A stretch of DNA of 64,000 bases, taken from positions 665 to 64,664 of the forward strand of contig JANNSR010000076.1 in the NCBI GenBank assembly GCA_031402935.1, read 5' to 3'. Below, piece by piece: positions 28,825 through 39,299 of this stretch (positions within the stretch are counted from its first letter, which is position 1; each line of letters begins with the position of its first letter). Both the position numbers and the translations under genes were made by a program. The notes under the pieces are model-generated. The model was given only the letters and a program-made list of their open reading frames with translations. It was not told the DNA's origin and made no database searches. This DNA comes from Hyphomicrobium sp. (GTDB lineage: Bacteria; Pseudomonadota; Alphaproteobacteria; Rhizobiales; Hyphomicrobiaceae).

Positions 28825-29103
28825 ATGACCAAATCTAAAGACCACGCACACGCCGACTCGCAGCGGTTGCATCTCGTGTTTGGCGGCGAACTTTCGTCAC
28901 TCGACGGCCATCACTTCCGCGATCTCGACAAGCTCGACATCGTCGGCGTCTATCCGGATTACGACGCGGCGTTCGCGGCCTGGAAGGCGGCGGCTCAGCG
29001 CACGGTGGATAACGCGATGATGCGGTACGTCATTGTTCACCTGCACCGCCTGCTTGAGCCACAAGCCTCCCTGCAACACAGCAATCCTGCGGCCAAAACG
29101 TGA
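28825..29103 (+). CDS. DUF4170 domain protein
   Basis: The 92-aa protein has LHLVFGGEL...LDIVGVYPDYDAAFAAWKAAAQRTVDNAMMRYVIVHLHRLL, which matches my recollection of DUF4170. Its stop overlaps the GTG start of the downstream ABC gene. Confidence 0.6.
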   Translation: MTKSKDHAHADSQRLHLVFGGELSSLDGHHFRDLDKLDIVGVYPDYDAAFAAWKAAAQRTVDNAMMRYVIVHLHRLLEPQASLQHSNPAAKT

Positions 29104-30908
29104 GCAACGTGGCGCCAGAACCGGTCAAGAAGCAGCGGCCGCGGCTGAGGCTCGACGATAAGTCGCGCGCGCTGCTCAACCGCTTCATCGACGACTGGGT
29201 GCGCCCGCGCTGGCGCGAACTCGCCTGGACACTGGTTTTGACCGCCTGTCTCGCCGCAACAACGGGGGCATACCCGACGGTCATCAAGGCTTCGTTCGAC
29301 ACATTGATGTCGGGCAACAAGGGGATGCTGCCGTGGGTACTGGCGGCGATCATCGGCATAACACTGGCGCGAAGTGCCTTTTTGTATGTGCAGTCCGTTG
29401 CCACCAATCATTTCGTGCTGAGCATGACCAACGACATGCAGAAGCGCGCCTTCTCGCATTTGATATCGGCCGATTTCGCGCGGCTGTCGCGCGATACGCC
29501 GGGCCGCCTCGTCTCGAAGCTAACCAACGACATCGGCTTCATTCAGACGGCGATTTCAGCGGGCATGAATTCAGCGATCCGCGATACGCTGTCGGTCATC
29601 GCGCTTGTGATTTCGATGCTGTATCTCGATTGGCTGATGACGGTCGTGGTACTGTGCGTTTATCCGCTGGCAGCCTTGCCGATCGCGACCATCAGCGACC
29701 GCCTGCGCCGCGTCGCCAAGCGGACGCAAAGCGAACTTGGCGACATGACATCGCTTTTGACCGAGAACCTGTCTGGCGCGCGGCTGATCAAATCGTTCCA
29801 GTTAGAGGATTACGCGGCTGGCCGTCTCGGCGCCAGTTTCGATCAGGTGTTCAAACTGCGCTTAAAGGCGGTCAAGACCCGGGCCCGCATGGACCCGATG
29901 TTGGAAGCGCTTGGCGGGATTGCCGTCGCCGGTGTCGTCGCATTCGCGTACTTGCGGATTTCGAACGGAATCTCGACGGTTGGCGATTTCATGGGATTCG
30001 TGACGGCGCTGCTGATGGCGGCGCAGCCGATCAAAGCGCTTGGAAACCTCGCAGGCCGCGTGCAGGAAGGCCTCTCGGCGGCGGAGAGCTTTTACGGCCT
30101 GATCGACGAAAAGCCGTCGATTGTCGATCGTGACGGCGCCAAACCACTTGTTGTTTCGACAGGCGCGATTTCGTTCCGCAATGTCAGCTTTGCCTATGAG
30201 CCGCAATCGAAGGACCGTGCGGTTTATAATTTCACGCTTGAGGTGCCGGGCGGCAAAACGGTGGCGCTGGTTGGGCGCTCGGGCGCCGGCAAATCGACAA
30301 TCGTCAATCTGGTGCCGCGGTTGTTCGACGTGACCGACGGAGTGATCGCGATCGACGGCCAGGACGTGCGCGACGTGACGCTGACGTCGTTGCGCAACAA
30401 CATCGCGATTGTCAGCCAGGACATCACGCTGTTCGACGATACAATTGCCGCCAATATTGCCCTCGGCCGGCTCGGTGCCAACGACGACGCAATCATCGCA
30501 GCAGCCAAGGCCGCCGCCGCCCACGATTTCATCATGGCGCAGCCGCAAGGCTATCAGACCGTTATTGGCGATCGCGGAGGGCGGCTTTCGGGCGGTCAAC
30601 GCCAGCGGCTCGCACTGGCGCGCGCCATTCTGAAGGATGCGCCGATCCTGCTGCTCGATGAGGCGACGAGCGCGCTCGATACCGAAAGCGAACAGCTGGT
30701 GCAGGAGGCCTTAGCGCGGTTTACCCGCAATCGCACGACGCTCGTGATCGCCCACCGGCTCTCGACCGTGCAGCGCGCCGATTTGATTTGCGTGATGGAC
30801 GCGGGGTTCATTGCCGAGCGCGGCACGCATGGCGAGCTGCTGGCACGCAATGGCGCCTACGCGCGGCTCTCCGGTCAGGGCGGCTACCCGCAGGCACTGG
30901 CGAATTGA
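29100..30908 (+). CDS. ABC exporter, fused permease-ATPase (MsbA-like lipid exporter)
   Basis: A six-TM ABC membrane domain is followed by Walker A GRSGAGKST, LSGGQRQR and LLLDEATSALD. The gene sits in an LPS core gene neighbourhood. Confidence 0.8.
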   Translation: MSNVAPEPVKKQRPRLRLDDKSRALLNRFIDDWVRPRWRELAWTLVLTACLAATTGAYPTVIKASFDTLMSGNKGMLPWVLAAIIGITLARSAFLYVQSVATNHFVLSMTNDMQKRAFSHLISADFARLSRDTPGRLVSKLTNDIGFIQTAISAGMNSAIRDTLSVIALVISMLYLDWLMTVVVLCVYPLAALPIATISDRLRRVAKRTQSELGDMTSLLTENLSGARLIKSFQLEDYAAGRLGASFDQVFKLRLKAVKTRARMDPMLEALGGIAVAGVVAFAYLRISNGISTVGDFMGFVTALLMAAQPIKALGNLAGRVQEGLSAAESFYGLIDEKPSIVDRDGAKPLVVSTGAISFRNVSFAYEPQSKDRAVYNFTLEVPGGKTVALVGRSGAGKSTIVNLVPRLFDVTDGVIAIDGQDVRDVTLTSLRNNIAIVSQDITLFDDTIAANIALGRLGANDDAIIAAAKAAAAHDFIMAQPQGYQTVIGDRGGRLSGGQRQRLALARAILKDAPILLLDEATSALDTESEQLVQEALARFTRNRTTLVIAHRLSTVQRADLICVMDAGFIAERGTHGELLARNGAYARLSGQGGYPQALAN

Positions 30909-30912
30909 GCTG

Positions 30913-31650
30913 CTACTCGCGCCGTAGCACGCCGTTGACGAGGCGATTGGCCAAGCCGTTGGCCTTGAATGTGCGGTTGATCTCGTCGGGATCGTAGTCG
31001 CGCTCGACCCAATCCCAGAATTCAACCGGAGATTTGTCATTGTCGGCGAGATAGCGCTCGAACACGGCGTCGATAACGCCGGTGTCGGCATGGCGGAAGT
31101 GCCCAAAGCGCAGCGACAGTTCCTTGATCGCTTCGCGGATCGGCACGCCATTGTGGACATGGCGGACGAGAACGCTCATCAAGCCGGCGCGATCGGCGCC
31201 CGACTTGCAGTGCACGAGGATCGGGTATTGGACGTCTGTTAACAGCTTGCGGACTGCTAGCAAGTCGTCGCGCGGCGGGGCTACACGCGAGCGCAGCTTG
31301 ATATCGACGAGCGCGACGCCATTGCGGCGGCAGGCGCGTTCCTCCAGCCAGCGGGTGCCGAACGACTGATCGCCGCGCAGGTTGATGATTGTTTTGACGC
31401 CGCGCGCCGCGATCCAGCCGATGTGATGCGGGGCCGGTTGCGCGGACCGCCAGGCATCGGGCGAAATCTGGTGACGATTATTATAGAGTACGCGGACAAC
31501 GCCGTAGTCGACGAACAGCATCTCGGCGTAGCACAGCGCCGGGGCAACGTGAGCGCGCAGCCACGGCGGCGAATGGTGTATGGCGTTGTGCAGCAGGGCG
31601 CCGCTTCGGCGCCGGAGGCTGCGTTTCGCGGTTTTGAGAAGGCTCGCCAT
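30913..31650 (-). CDS. CX5R protein-tyrosine/dual-specificity phosphatase family protein
   Basis: It carries the HCKSGADRAG active-site signature (the C-x5-R P-loop). Confidence 0.65.
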   Translation of the reverse strand: MASLLKTAKRSLRRRSGALLHNAIHHSPPWLRAHVAPALCYAEMLFVDYGVVRVLYNNRHQISPDAWRSAQPAPHHIGWIAARGVKTIINLRGDQSFGTRWLEERACRRNGVALVDIKLRSRVAPPRDDLLAVRKLLTDVQYPILVHCKSGADRAGLMSVLVRHVHNGVPIREAIKELSLRFGHFRHADTGVIDAVFERYLADNDKSPVEFWDWVERDYDPDEINRTFKANGLANRLVNGVLRRE

Positions 31651-31862
31651 GCGGGCTGTTCGGCGCGTTCCCTGGACGGACTGGCGGCGAGCCGCTAACG
31701 ATTAAGTGCTGCAACCGGCGTCGCGTACGCGGGACAGGTTCGCCGCGTGAGCGTTTGCACTCGCTAGGTATTCGCTATAGTTACGGGCCGCAAGGGGCTT
31801 TTGGCCGCTGTTCATTGGTCAGTTGCGGTTGAAGAGCCGAAAAAGATCAAGACTTTAGCCGG

Positions 31863-33878
31863 ATGCCGCACCGCATGGCCGAAATCAAGACCACGCTGAT
31901 GCGGGCCGGGGGCCGTTCGTTGGCCCGGCTCATCAAGTATGTGGCCAAGACGTCGGACGTGGTCTACGTGCCGGCCGACTTGAGAGACCGGCTTCGCGCC
32001 ACGCACCCGTGCATCATCGCTTGCTGGCACGGGCAATTCATGATGCTGGCGATTTTGCATCCCGGCGACGTCAAGGTCTCGGCCATGGTCGCGCGTCACG
32101 GTGACGCCGAGCTGATCGGCGAAGCTATGCGCAACCTCAACACTGAACTGATCCGCGGCGCGGGTGCTGGCGGGCGGAAGAAAGATCGCGGCGGCGCGTC
32201 GGCGTTGCGCGCGGCAGTTCGCGCACTGACCGATGGCGCGTCGCTGGTGATGACGGCGGATGTGCCGCCCGGCCCGGCGCGCCTTGCAGGTGCCGGCATC
32301 ATCACCATAGCGCGCATGTCCGGCGTACCGATCGTGCCGGTCGCGGCGGCGACGAAACGTTTCACATCGTTCGACACCTGGAGCCGGATCACGCTGAACT
32401 TGCCGTACTCGAAACTCGTGTTCGCAGGCGGCGAACCGATCCAGGTGCCACGTGATGCCGATGAAGCAACCCTCGAACAATTGCGCCAGACACTTGAGGC
32501 GTCGCTCAATCAGTTGACTGCGCGTGCCTATGAGCTTGCGGGTGCCGACGTCAGTAGAGCGACGCCGCTGGACCAGCTTGCGGCCGTGACGCCGCCGCCG
32601 CCGACAGCGGCTCTTAAGGTGTATCGCACGGCGCTATCACTGGCACGGCCCGCCGTGCCGTTGTTATTGCGCGCGCGCGAACGCCGGGGCAAAGAAGATC
32701 AAGCGCGGCGCGGTGAACGCTTGGGGTTTGCAGGACTGCCGCGGCCTTCTGGTCCGCTGTTTTGGATCCATGCCGCAAGCGTTGGCGAAACCAATGCCGT
32801 GCTGCCGCTGATTGATGAAATTCTGGTACTCAACGCATCCGCACATGTTTTGTTGACGACCGGGACGACAACATCGGCGGAGATTTCGGCACGCCGGTTG
32901 CCCGTCAGGGCGCATCATCAGTACGTGCCGCTCGATGTGCCGCAGTATGTCGAGCGGTTTCTCGATCATTGGCGGCCTGACCTCTCGATTTTTACCGAAT
33001 CCGACGTTTGGCCCAATCTGGTGATGGCGGTATCGAGCAGGGCCATACCGCTGGCGTTGATCAACGCCCGCATGTCGCCGCGCAGCATCAAACGCTGGCG
33101 GCGGAACCGCAAACACGGCCGGGCGCTGTTCTCCAGGTTCAATCTGGTGCTGGCGCAGAACGAGAGCATCGCCAAGGCTATGAAAATGCTCGGCGCGCCG
33201 CGCGTTGTTACGGCCGGAAACTTGAAAATCGACGCGCCACCGCCGCCGGTCGATGCTGCTGAGCTGGCGCGGCTGAAAGCGGCAGTCGGGTCAAGGCCAT
33301 TGCTGCTGGCAGCGAGCACGCATCCCGGCGAGGAGACGATTGTCGCAGCGGCCCACGCGATCATTTTGAAAGAATTGCCCGATGCGCTGACGATCATTGT
33401 GCCGCGCCACCCCGATCGCGGCGCGACGCTTTTTGCTCAGCTGGCGGCGCAAGGGCTGAAGGTCGATCGCCGTAGTCTCGGTGTGATGCCCAGTGCCGAC
33501 ACAGACATTTATCTCGCCGACACCATCGGGGAACTTGGCACGTTCTACGCCCTTTGCCCCATCGCACTCATCGGCGGCTCGCTGATCGAGCATGGCGGGC
33601 AGAACCCGATAGAAGCCGTGCGATTGGGCTCGGCCGTGCTAACCGGACCGAGCCATCACAATTTTCGCGACGCCTATTCGGCGCTGCTGGCGAACAAAGG
33701 CGCGCTCGAAGTCAGCAACGCCGATGACATCGCGCAGGCCATTGTACGCCTGCACAAAAGCGATTCCGACACGCAGGCGATGCGTGATGGGGCCGAGACA
33801 GCACTTCAGTCACTCGGCGGCGCACTGAGGGCGACGCTCGAGGCGCTGGCTCCGTTTCTCGCCAAACAGAGGACGTGA
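31863..33878 (+). CDS. waaA: fusion protein: DUF374 (LPLAT-like) domain plus 3-deoxy-D-manno-octulosonic acid transferase
   Basis: Residues 1 to about 230 (CWHGQFMMLA...HGDAELIGEAM...VMTADVPPGPARLAGAGIITIARMSGVPIVPVA) are DUF374-like. The remainder (FWIHAASVGETNAVLPLI...) is WaaA/KdtA. The two domains lie in one uninterrupted frame. Confidence 0.8.
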   Translation: MPHRMAEIKTTLMRAGGRSLARLIKYVAKTSDVVYVPADLRDRLRATHPCIIACWHGQFMMLAILHPGDVKVSAMVARHGDAELIGEAMRNLNTELIRGAGAGGRKKDRGGASALRAAVRALTDGASLVMTADVPPGPARLAGAGIITIARMSGVPIVPVAAATKRFTSFDTWSRITLNLPYSKLVFAGGEPIQVPRDADEATLEQLRQTLEASLNQLTARAYELAGADVSRATPLDQLAAVTPPPPTAALKVYRTALSLARPAVPLLLRARERRGKEDQARRGERLGFAGLPRPSGPLFWIHAASVGETNAVLPLIDEILVLNASAHVLLTTGTTTSAEISARRLPVRAHHQYVPLDVPQYVERFLDHWRPDLSIFTESDVWPNLVMAVSSRAIPLALINARMSPRSIKRWRRNRKHGRALFSRFNLVLAQNESIAKAMKMLGAPRVVTAGNLKIDAPPPPVDAAELARLKAAVGSRPLLLAASTHPGEETIVAAAHAIILKELPDALTIIVPRHPDRGATLFAQLAAQGLKVDRRSLGVMPSADTDIYLADTIGELGTFYALCPIALIGGSLIEHGGQNPIEAVRLGSAVLTGPSHHNFRDAYSALLANKGALEVSNADDIAQAIVRLHKSDSDTQAMRDGAETALQSLGGALRATLEALAPFLAKQRT

Positions 33879-34930
33879 TACCCGTGGCTTGGCGCGAACC
33901 ATCCTGGTGGTATAGCGAGGGCCCGCACTGGCAAGCGGCGGCGCTGAAGCCGGTCGCGGCGATCTATGGTTCAGTGGTTAGGCGGCGTTACAAGCAGTCG
34001 GCGATGTACCGGTCGCGCCTGCCGGTCATTTGCGTTGGCAATTTTACGGCCGGCGGCACCGGAAAAACGCCGCTGGCGCGCGCGGTGGCGGAAATCGTCC
34101 GTGGATTGGGGCGAGAACCGTGGATGCTGTCGCGCGGCTACGGCGGCGCGCTTGAAGGCCCCGTGCGCGTCGATCCCGCGGTCGACGCAGCCTCTGATTG
34201 CGGCGACGAACCGCTGCTGCTGGCCAGGACGGCGGCAACGGTAATCGCCGCCGACCGGCGTGCAGGAGCTGCGTTTATCGAGCGCGCCGCACCAGCAAAC
34301 GCCATCATCATAATGGACGACGGCATGCAGAACCCGAGCCTGGCCAAAGACCTAACGATTGCCGTGATCGACGGCGGGCGCGGCCTTGGCAATGGCGCCG
34401 TGATTCCGGCTGGGCCTCTGCGAGCGCCGATGCCGTTCCAGCTCCAATGCGCCAATGCCATGGTGATCATGGGAGAGGCAAGCCCGCGGACGCGCCAACA
34501 ACTCTCAGACTTGCAGGACCAGTGGCACGGTCAGGTGTTCCGCTCGAGCGCAACTCCAGCTGGTGATACGGGCTGGCTGAGAGGCGCAAAGGTCGTGGCC
34601 TTTGCGGGGATCGCAAATCCTAAGCGTTTTTTTTCGACACTGGACGGGCTCGGCGCGGTTTTTTCTGAACGGATCGAGTTTCCCGATCATCACGCATTCA
34701 GTGACGCCGAAGCTGCTAGTCTGCTGGCTACCGCCAACAAACACGGTGCCGCACTTGTGACGACCGAAAAGGATATTGTGCGGCTTACCGGGAAGCGGGG
34801 TGCCATTGCCGAACTCGGGACGCGCGTAAAATCTTTGGCGATAACCTTGGCGTTCGACGGCGACGATCGCGAGCGGCTCACGGAGCTCATTAAGACGGCG
34901 CTGTATATCCATAAGTCTGACCGGCGCTAG
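33875..34930 (+). CDS. lpxK: tetraacyldisaccharide 4'-kinase
   Basis: The VGNFTAGGTGKTP P-loop is present, and the GTG start overlaps the waaA stop (GTGA). Confidence 0.85.
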   Translation: MIPVAWREPSWWYSEGPHWQAAALKPVAAIYGSVVRRRYKQSAMYRSRLPVICVGNFTAGGTGKTPLARAVAEIVRGLGREPWMLSRGYGGALEGPVRVDPAVDAASDCGDEPLLLARTAATVIAADRRAGAAFIERAAPANAIIIMDDGMQNPSLAKDLTIAVIDGGRGLGNGAVIPAGPLRAPMPFQLQCANAMVIMGEASPRTRQQLSDLQDQWHGQVFRSSATPAGDTGWLRGAKVVAFAGIANPKRFFSTLDGLGAVFSERIEFPDHHAFSDAEAASLLATANKHGAALVTTEKDIVRLTGKRGAIAELGTRVKSLAITLAFDGDDRERLTELIKTALYIHKSDRR

Positions 34931-34980
34931 AGCGTTGCGATCCGATGCAACCGGATCGGCGCTCTAGGGTTTTGCTTTGT
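34927..34980 (+). terminator. long interrupted hairpin plus T-rich tail at the lpxK stop
   Basis: CTAGAGCG (34927-34934) pairs with CGCTCTAG (34960-34967), and CGATCCG (34938-34944) pairs with CGGATCG (34952-34958). The hairpin is followed by GGGTTTTGCTTTG. Confidence 0.5.
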
Positions 34981-35026
34981 CGCATTTTCTTGACGCGAAC
35001 CGGTATCCATTTCGCCGGAAAATGCT

Positions 35027-35251
35027 CTAGCCGCGCGATTTCAGATCGAGATAGCGTTTGAGCGAAATTTCGGCGGAGGAATAGGCCTCTTGCGAGTCGA
35101 CGCTCCAATACCTGAGGTCTGGCAGGGCGATCGGCTGACCGGTCACGGCACAGCGGATGAACTCCCCCGCGGCGACGACTTCGAATTCGCCGTCAAGAAA
35201 TCGAATTTTTGCTTCGCTGCGCAGGCCAAAAAATTTCTCGATGCGATTCAT
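35027..35251 (-). CDS. DUF2093 domain protein
   Basis: A 74-aa protein (AKIRFLDGEFEVVAAGEFIRCAVTGQPIALPDLRYWSVDSQEAY) that matches my recollection of DUF2093. Confidence 0.55.
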   Translation of the reverse strand: MNRIEKFFGLRSEAKIRFLDGEFEVVAAGEFIRCAVTGQPIALPDLRYWSVDSQEAYSSAEISLKRYLDLKSRG

Positions 35252-35362
35252 GAATGGCGGCCTCTAGCGGAGCCGGCATGCTAACGCCGGAACGGGACTG
35301 TCTTCAGATTGCCAATTGACGCGGGCGCGTCAAGTGTGGCGGCAACCATTGCCGGAGAAGGC

Positions 35363-36889
35363 TTAAAATAGTGAGCCCTGTCCACCACGGCTTGGACCCT
35401 TCGGCCGAACCGGGCGGATACCCGGTGTGGCAGCAGCAGGCGCGGGGCTTGCTGGTCCTTTGGCTTCGGCGGCCAAGCGCCCGTCGGAAAATTCGATTAC
35501 GAGACCGGCTCCGGGTGCGACTGACCCCGCAAGCCGGATCATATGACCGTCTGTGTCGCGCACGAGCGCATAGCCGCGCGCCAGCACGCTTTGATAACTG
35601 AGCGAGGACAGCATTTTAACATGGCCCTCAAGGCCGGCGCGGCGGGCGGCAACCCGGTTCAAAATCGCCTGGCCGGCGCGGGCATGCAGTGCTGAAAGGC
35701 GTTCGCTAGCGCGCCCGATGCGGTTCAACAGCGGCGCCGGCGTGAGGCGCGCGCTCGACCGCGCCAAGCGCAATCCGTGGGCGCGAGTGTTGGAAAGCAG
35801 AGCCCGGCCAAGCCGTTTCTCGGCGGCGTCAAATCGCTGGCGCGGCAGCGCAATCAAGTCTTCGAGTTTCGGCAATCCGCGCGCGGCGGCCTTCAGATGT
35901 GTTCGGATGGCATCGAGTGCGCGGCGCATGCCGGTGCGCTGCCTGAGCCCGAGTTGATCGAGTTGCTCGACGAGGTCGGCATATTTCGGCACCGCCCATT
36001 CGGCGGCCTTCGTCGGCGTTGGCGCACGGGCGTCGGCGACGAGATCGATCAGCGTCCAATCGGTTTCGTGACCGACGGCCGATATCAACGGAATGCGGCT
36101 TTCGGCGGCGGCGCGGACGACGATCTCGTCGTTAAAGCCCCACAGGTCTTCGAGACTGCCGCCGCCGCGCGCGACGATCAACACGTCGGGGCGCGGAATT
36201 TTGCCGCCAGATTCGAGCGCGTTGAAGCCGCGGATGGCGGCTGCTATTTCAGCGGCACTGCCCTCGCCTTGCACCCGAACCGGCCACAAAAGCACATGCG
36301 CCGGAAAGCGCTCGGTGAAGCCAGCCAGCATGTCACGGATTACGGCGCCCGTCGGCGATGTGACGATGCCTACAACCTTGGGCAAAAACGGCCGCGGCTT
36401 CTTGCGCGCGTCGTCGAATAGGCCTTCGGCGGCGAACTTGCGCTTACGTTCTTCCAGCAACGCCATCAAGGCGCCAGCACCCGCCGGTTCGAGCGTTTCG
36501 ATCATGATCTGATATTTCGACGAACCGGGGAAGGTCGTGATCTTGCCCTGGGCGATGACCTCCATGCCTTCTTCGGGCTTGAAACGCAGGCGGGCGAACA
36601 CTCCCTTCCAGATCACAGCCTCGATCTTGGCCTTGTCGTCCTTGAGGGCAAAATAGCAATGCCCGGAGCCGTGCGGGCCGCGATAGCCCGAAATCTCGCC
36701 CTTGAGCCGGACGTAGCCGAAGCCGTCTTCCAGAGCCCGCTTGATGGCGCTTGAGAGCTCGGACACGGAGAACTCGGGCGCGTTGGCCCCTGCACTTACC
36801 GATTCTGGTCGCTGTTCGCTCACGCCGCTCGCCGCCGCTCTGGCCTTGCCTGTTGCCCGTTCGATGCTACACCAAGGCCCGCAATGCAA
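35363..36889 (-). CDS. xseA: exodeoxyribonuclease VII large subunit
   Basis: The protein has an OB-fold N-terminus ([25 protein letters not shown]) and a catalytic and coiled-coil C-terminus. The start is uncertain: ATG 36889 is only 11 bp from the purD ATG, and GTG 36823 is an alternative. Confidence 0.85.
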   Translation of the reverse strand: MHCGPWCSIERATGKARAAASGVSEQRPESVSAGANAPEFSVSELSSAIKRALEDGFGYVRLKGEISGYRGPHGSGHCYFALKDDKAKIEAVIWKGVFARLRFKPEEGMEVIAQGKITTFPGSSKYQIMIETLEPAGAGALMALLEERKRKFAAEGLFDDARKKPRPFLPKVVGIVTSPTGAVIRDMLAGFTERFPAHVLLWPVRVQGEGSAAEIAAAIRGFNALESGGKIPRPDVLIVARGGGSLEDLWGFNDEIVVRAAAESRIPLISAVGHETDWTLIDLVADARAPTPTKAAEWAVPKYADLVEQLDQLGLRQRTGMRRALDAIRTHLKAAARGLPKLEDLIALPRQRFDAAEKRLGRALLSNTRAHGLRLARSSARLTPAPLLNRIGRASERLSALHARAGQAILNRVAARRAGLEGHVKMLSSLSYQSVLARGYALVRDTDGHMIRLAGSVAPGAGLVIEFSDGRLAAEAKGPASPAPAAATPGIRPVRPKGPSRGGQGSLF

Positions 36890-36900
36890 CAGGCTCTCAC

Positions 36901-38178
36901 ATGAATGTCCTCCTGATTGGCTCCGGCGGCCGCGAACATGCCCTGGCCTGGGCGCTCAGCGCCAGTCCGCTGCTGACCACACTCGTTTGCGCGCCGGGCA
37001 ACGCCGGCATTGCCGAAATGACCGAATGCGCAGCGCTGGACGCAGCCGATCATGCCGCGGTCATTGCTTTTTGCGGCGCGCGGGCCATCGATTTTGTTAT
37101 CATCGGGCCGGAAGCGCCGCTGGTTGCCGGACTTGGCGATGCGCTAGGCCGTGCCGGCATCAAATACTTCGGGCCGACAAAAGCCGCAGCCGCGCTTGAA
37201 GGCTCCAAAGGCTTTACAAAGGATTTGTGCCGCGAATTCGGCATTCCGACCGGCGCTTACGGCAGGTTTTGCGACGCTGCCTCCGCAAAGGCCTATCTCG
37301 CGAGGCAATCACTGCCAATCGTCGTCAAAGCCGATGGACTAGCAGCTGGGAAAGGCGTTTTCATCGCCGCAACACGCAAAGAAGCCGAAGCCGCCGTCGA
37401 CGCCTGCTTCTCGGGCGCGTTTGGCGCCGCTGGTGCGGAAGTCGTGATCGAAGAATTTCTCGACGGCGAGGAGGCAAGCTTTTTCGCCCTTGTCGATGGC
37501 CAGCACGCGTTGCCACTCGTCGCGGCGCAGGATCACAAACGTGTTGGTGATGGCGACAGGGGCCCGAATACGGGCGGCATGGGCGCCTATTCGCCAGCAC
37601 CCGTGATGACGCCTGAGATGATCTCGCGCACGATGGACGAGATCATCCGGCCAACCGTCGCGGCGATGGCCAAACGGGGTACGCCTTTCAAAGGCGTGCT
37701 GTTCGCCGGGCTGATGATTACAGGCTCCGGCCCGCAGCTGATCGAATACAATGTCCGCTTCGGCGATCCCGAGACGCAGGTGCTGATGATGCGCCTCAAG
37801 TCCGACCTGCTGGCGGCGCTGCTGGCGACAGCTGACGGTGTGCTCGGAACTTTTGATATGCGGTGGAGCGACGACGTGGCGTTGACCGTCGTCATGGCGG
37901 CGAATGGCTATCCCGGCCCGCCGCAGAAGGGCACTGAGATCAAGGGCCTTGCAGCCGCGGCCAAAGTTGATGGCGTTGAAATTTTCCACGCTGGAACCCG
38001 CCGCGATGGCGGACGGCTGATCGCGGACGGCGGACGCGTACTGAATGTGACGGCGCGCGCCAAAAACGTTGCCGAGGCTCAGGCGCACGCCTATGCGGCG
38101 ATCGCTAAGATCGACTGGCCGGGCGGCTTTTGCCGGAAAGACATCGGCTGGCGGGCGTTGTCACGCGACAAGGCGTAG
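36901..38178 (+). CDS. purD: phosphoribosylamine--glycine ligase
   Basis: [19 protein letters not shown] at the N-terminus and an ATP-grasp domain. The start is at ATG 36901; the longer ORF-track N-terminus is read-through. Confidence 0.95.
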   Translation: MNVLLIGSGGREHALAWALSASPLLTTLVCAPGNAGIAEMTECAALDAADHAAVIAFCGARAIDFVIIGPEAPLVAGLGDALGRAGIKYFGPTKAAAALEGSKGFTKDLCREFGIPTGAYGRFCDAASAKAYLARQSLPIVVKADGLAAGKGVFIAATRKEAEAAVDACFSGAFGAAGAEVVIEEFLDGEEASFFALVDGQHALPLVAAQDHKRVGDGDRGPNTGGMGAYSPAPVMTPEMISRTMDEIIRPTVAAMAKRGTPFKGVLFAGLMITGSGPQLIEYNVRFGDPETQVLMMRLKSDLLAALLATADGVLGTFDMRWSDDVALTVVMAANGYPGPPQKGTEIKGLAAAAKVDGVEIFHAGTRRDGGRLIADGGRVLNVTARAKNVAEAQAHAYAAIAKIDWPGGFCRKDIGWRALSRDKA

Positions 38179-38233
38179 ATTGCACCCTCGCAGTTCGGGC
38201 CTCGCCTGACTATATGGAATAACTCATGTTTGG

Positions 38234-39277
38234 ATGTTTGAGGCCGCAACGCAAGGATTGCGTAGATCGATGATACCGGCAAAACCTGCGGCTTCACGCG
38301 ATACACGACCCGTTCGCAATAGCGAACTGCGCATCGGGCTCGCCCTCGGTGGCGGGGGGGCCCGGGGCCTCGCCCATATCGCGATGCTCGAAGCTTTCGA
38401 CGAACTCGGCATCAAGCCTGTCATCATCGCCGGAACGTCCATTGGAGCCATCTACGGCGCGGCCTACGCCTCAGGCATAACGGGCAAGGCACTTCGCGCC
38501 CACACGCGTGACATACTTTCACAGCGCTTTTCGCTTGTGCGCGATCTCTTTGCGGCACGCTCTCAGCCGTTCCAGCGCGTGCGCAATCCGTTTACGTTGC
38601 GATCGTCGATACTCGATCCCCACATGCTGCTTGATCTCGTCATGCCGAAGGGCGTGAAAAGCACATTCGCGGACTTACCCATTCCACTCAAAATCGTTGC
38701 TTCCGATTTCTATGATCAGGAACCCGTCGTGTTTACAGAAGGCTCCGTACGCGAAGCAGTGGCGGCCAGCATGGCATTGCCGGTCATCTTCCAGCCAGTG
38801 ATATCACATGGCCGTGCACTCATCGACGGCGGCTTGACCAATCCGCTCCCGTTCGACCTTCTGACGCGTGACGCCGATATCGTTGTAGCGATCGATGTTT
38901 CGGGGACGCCCGTACCCGATCCGGCACGCATGACGCCGACAGCGTTAGAGGCACTGTTCGCCAGTGCGTTCCTGTTCGAGCGCTCGATTGTGAAAGAAAA
39001 ACTCAAAGCGTCACAGCCCGATATCTTGATCAGTGGCGGCACCAGCCAGTTTCAGGTGCTCGATTTCCTCAAGTTCGATGACATCTTGGCGGCGGCAGAG
39101 CCAGCGAAGGAAAAACTGAAGGCACAGCTATCGCGGGTGCTTTCGGTCGAGACGCTGCCGCAACTCGAGGCGCGAGAGGCGGCGCCAAGTGAAGCAGATA
39201 TAGCGAGCCTCGAAGTAACTGCTCCGGTCCGGCGTGGGCTGATGCGGCTCAAGCGTATGTCAAGGGATCGCGTTTGA
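38234..39277 (+). CDS. patatin-like phospholipase
   Basis: A GGGGARG oxyanion motif, a GTSIGA nucleophile elbow and a DGG catalytic Asp are present. The start is uncertain. Confidence 0.8.
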   Translation: MFEAATQGLRRSMIPAKPAASRDTRPVRNSELRIGLALGGGGARGLAHIAMLEAFDELGIKPVIIAGTSIGAIYGAAYASGITGKALRAHTRDILSQRFSLVRDLFAARSQPFQRVRNPFTLRSSILDPHMLLDLVMPKGVKSTFADLPIPLKIVASDFYDQEPVVFTEGSVREAVAASMALPVIFQPVISHGRALIDGGLTNPLPFDLLTRDADIVVAIDVSGTPVPDPARMTPTALEALFASAFLFERSIVKEKLKASQPDILISGGTSQFQVLDFLKFDDILAAAEPAKEKLKAQLSRVLSVETLPQLEAREAAPSEADIASLEVTAPVRRGLMRLKRMSRDRV

Positions 39278-39299
39278 CAGCAATGCGGCGAACGGGCGC

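Noticed and set aside
38354-38360. G7 runs inside coding regions (also at 48092-48098), considered as possible slippage sites.
   Set aside because: They encode the functional GGGG oxyanion motif of the patatin-like lipase and a Pro run in the EAL-like linker. They are shorter than the intergenic G11 tract, and both reading frames are intact.
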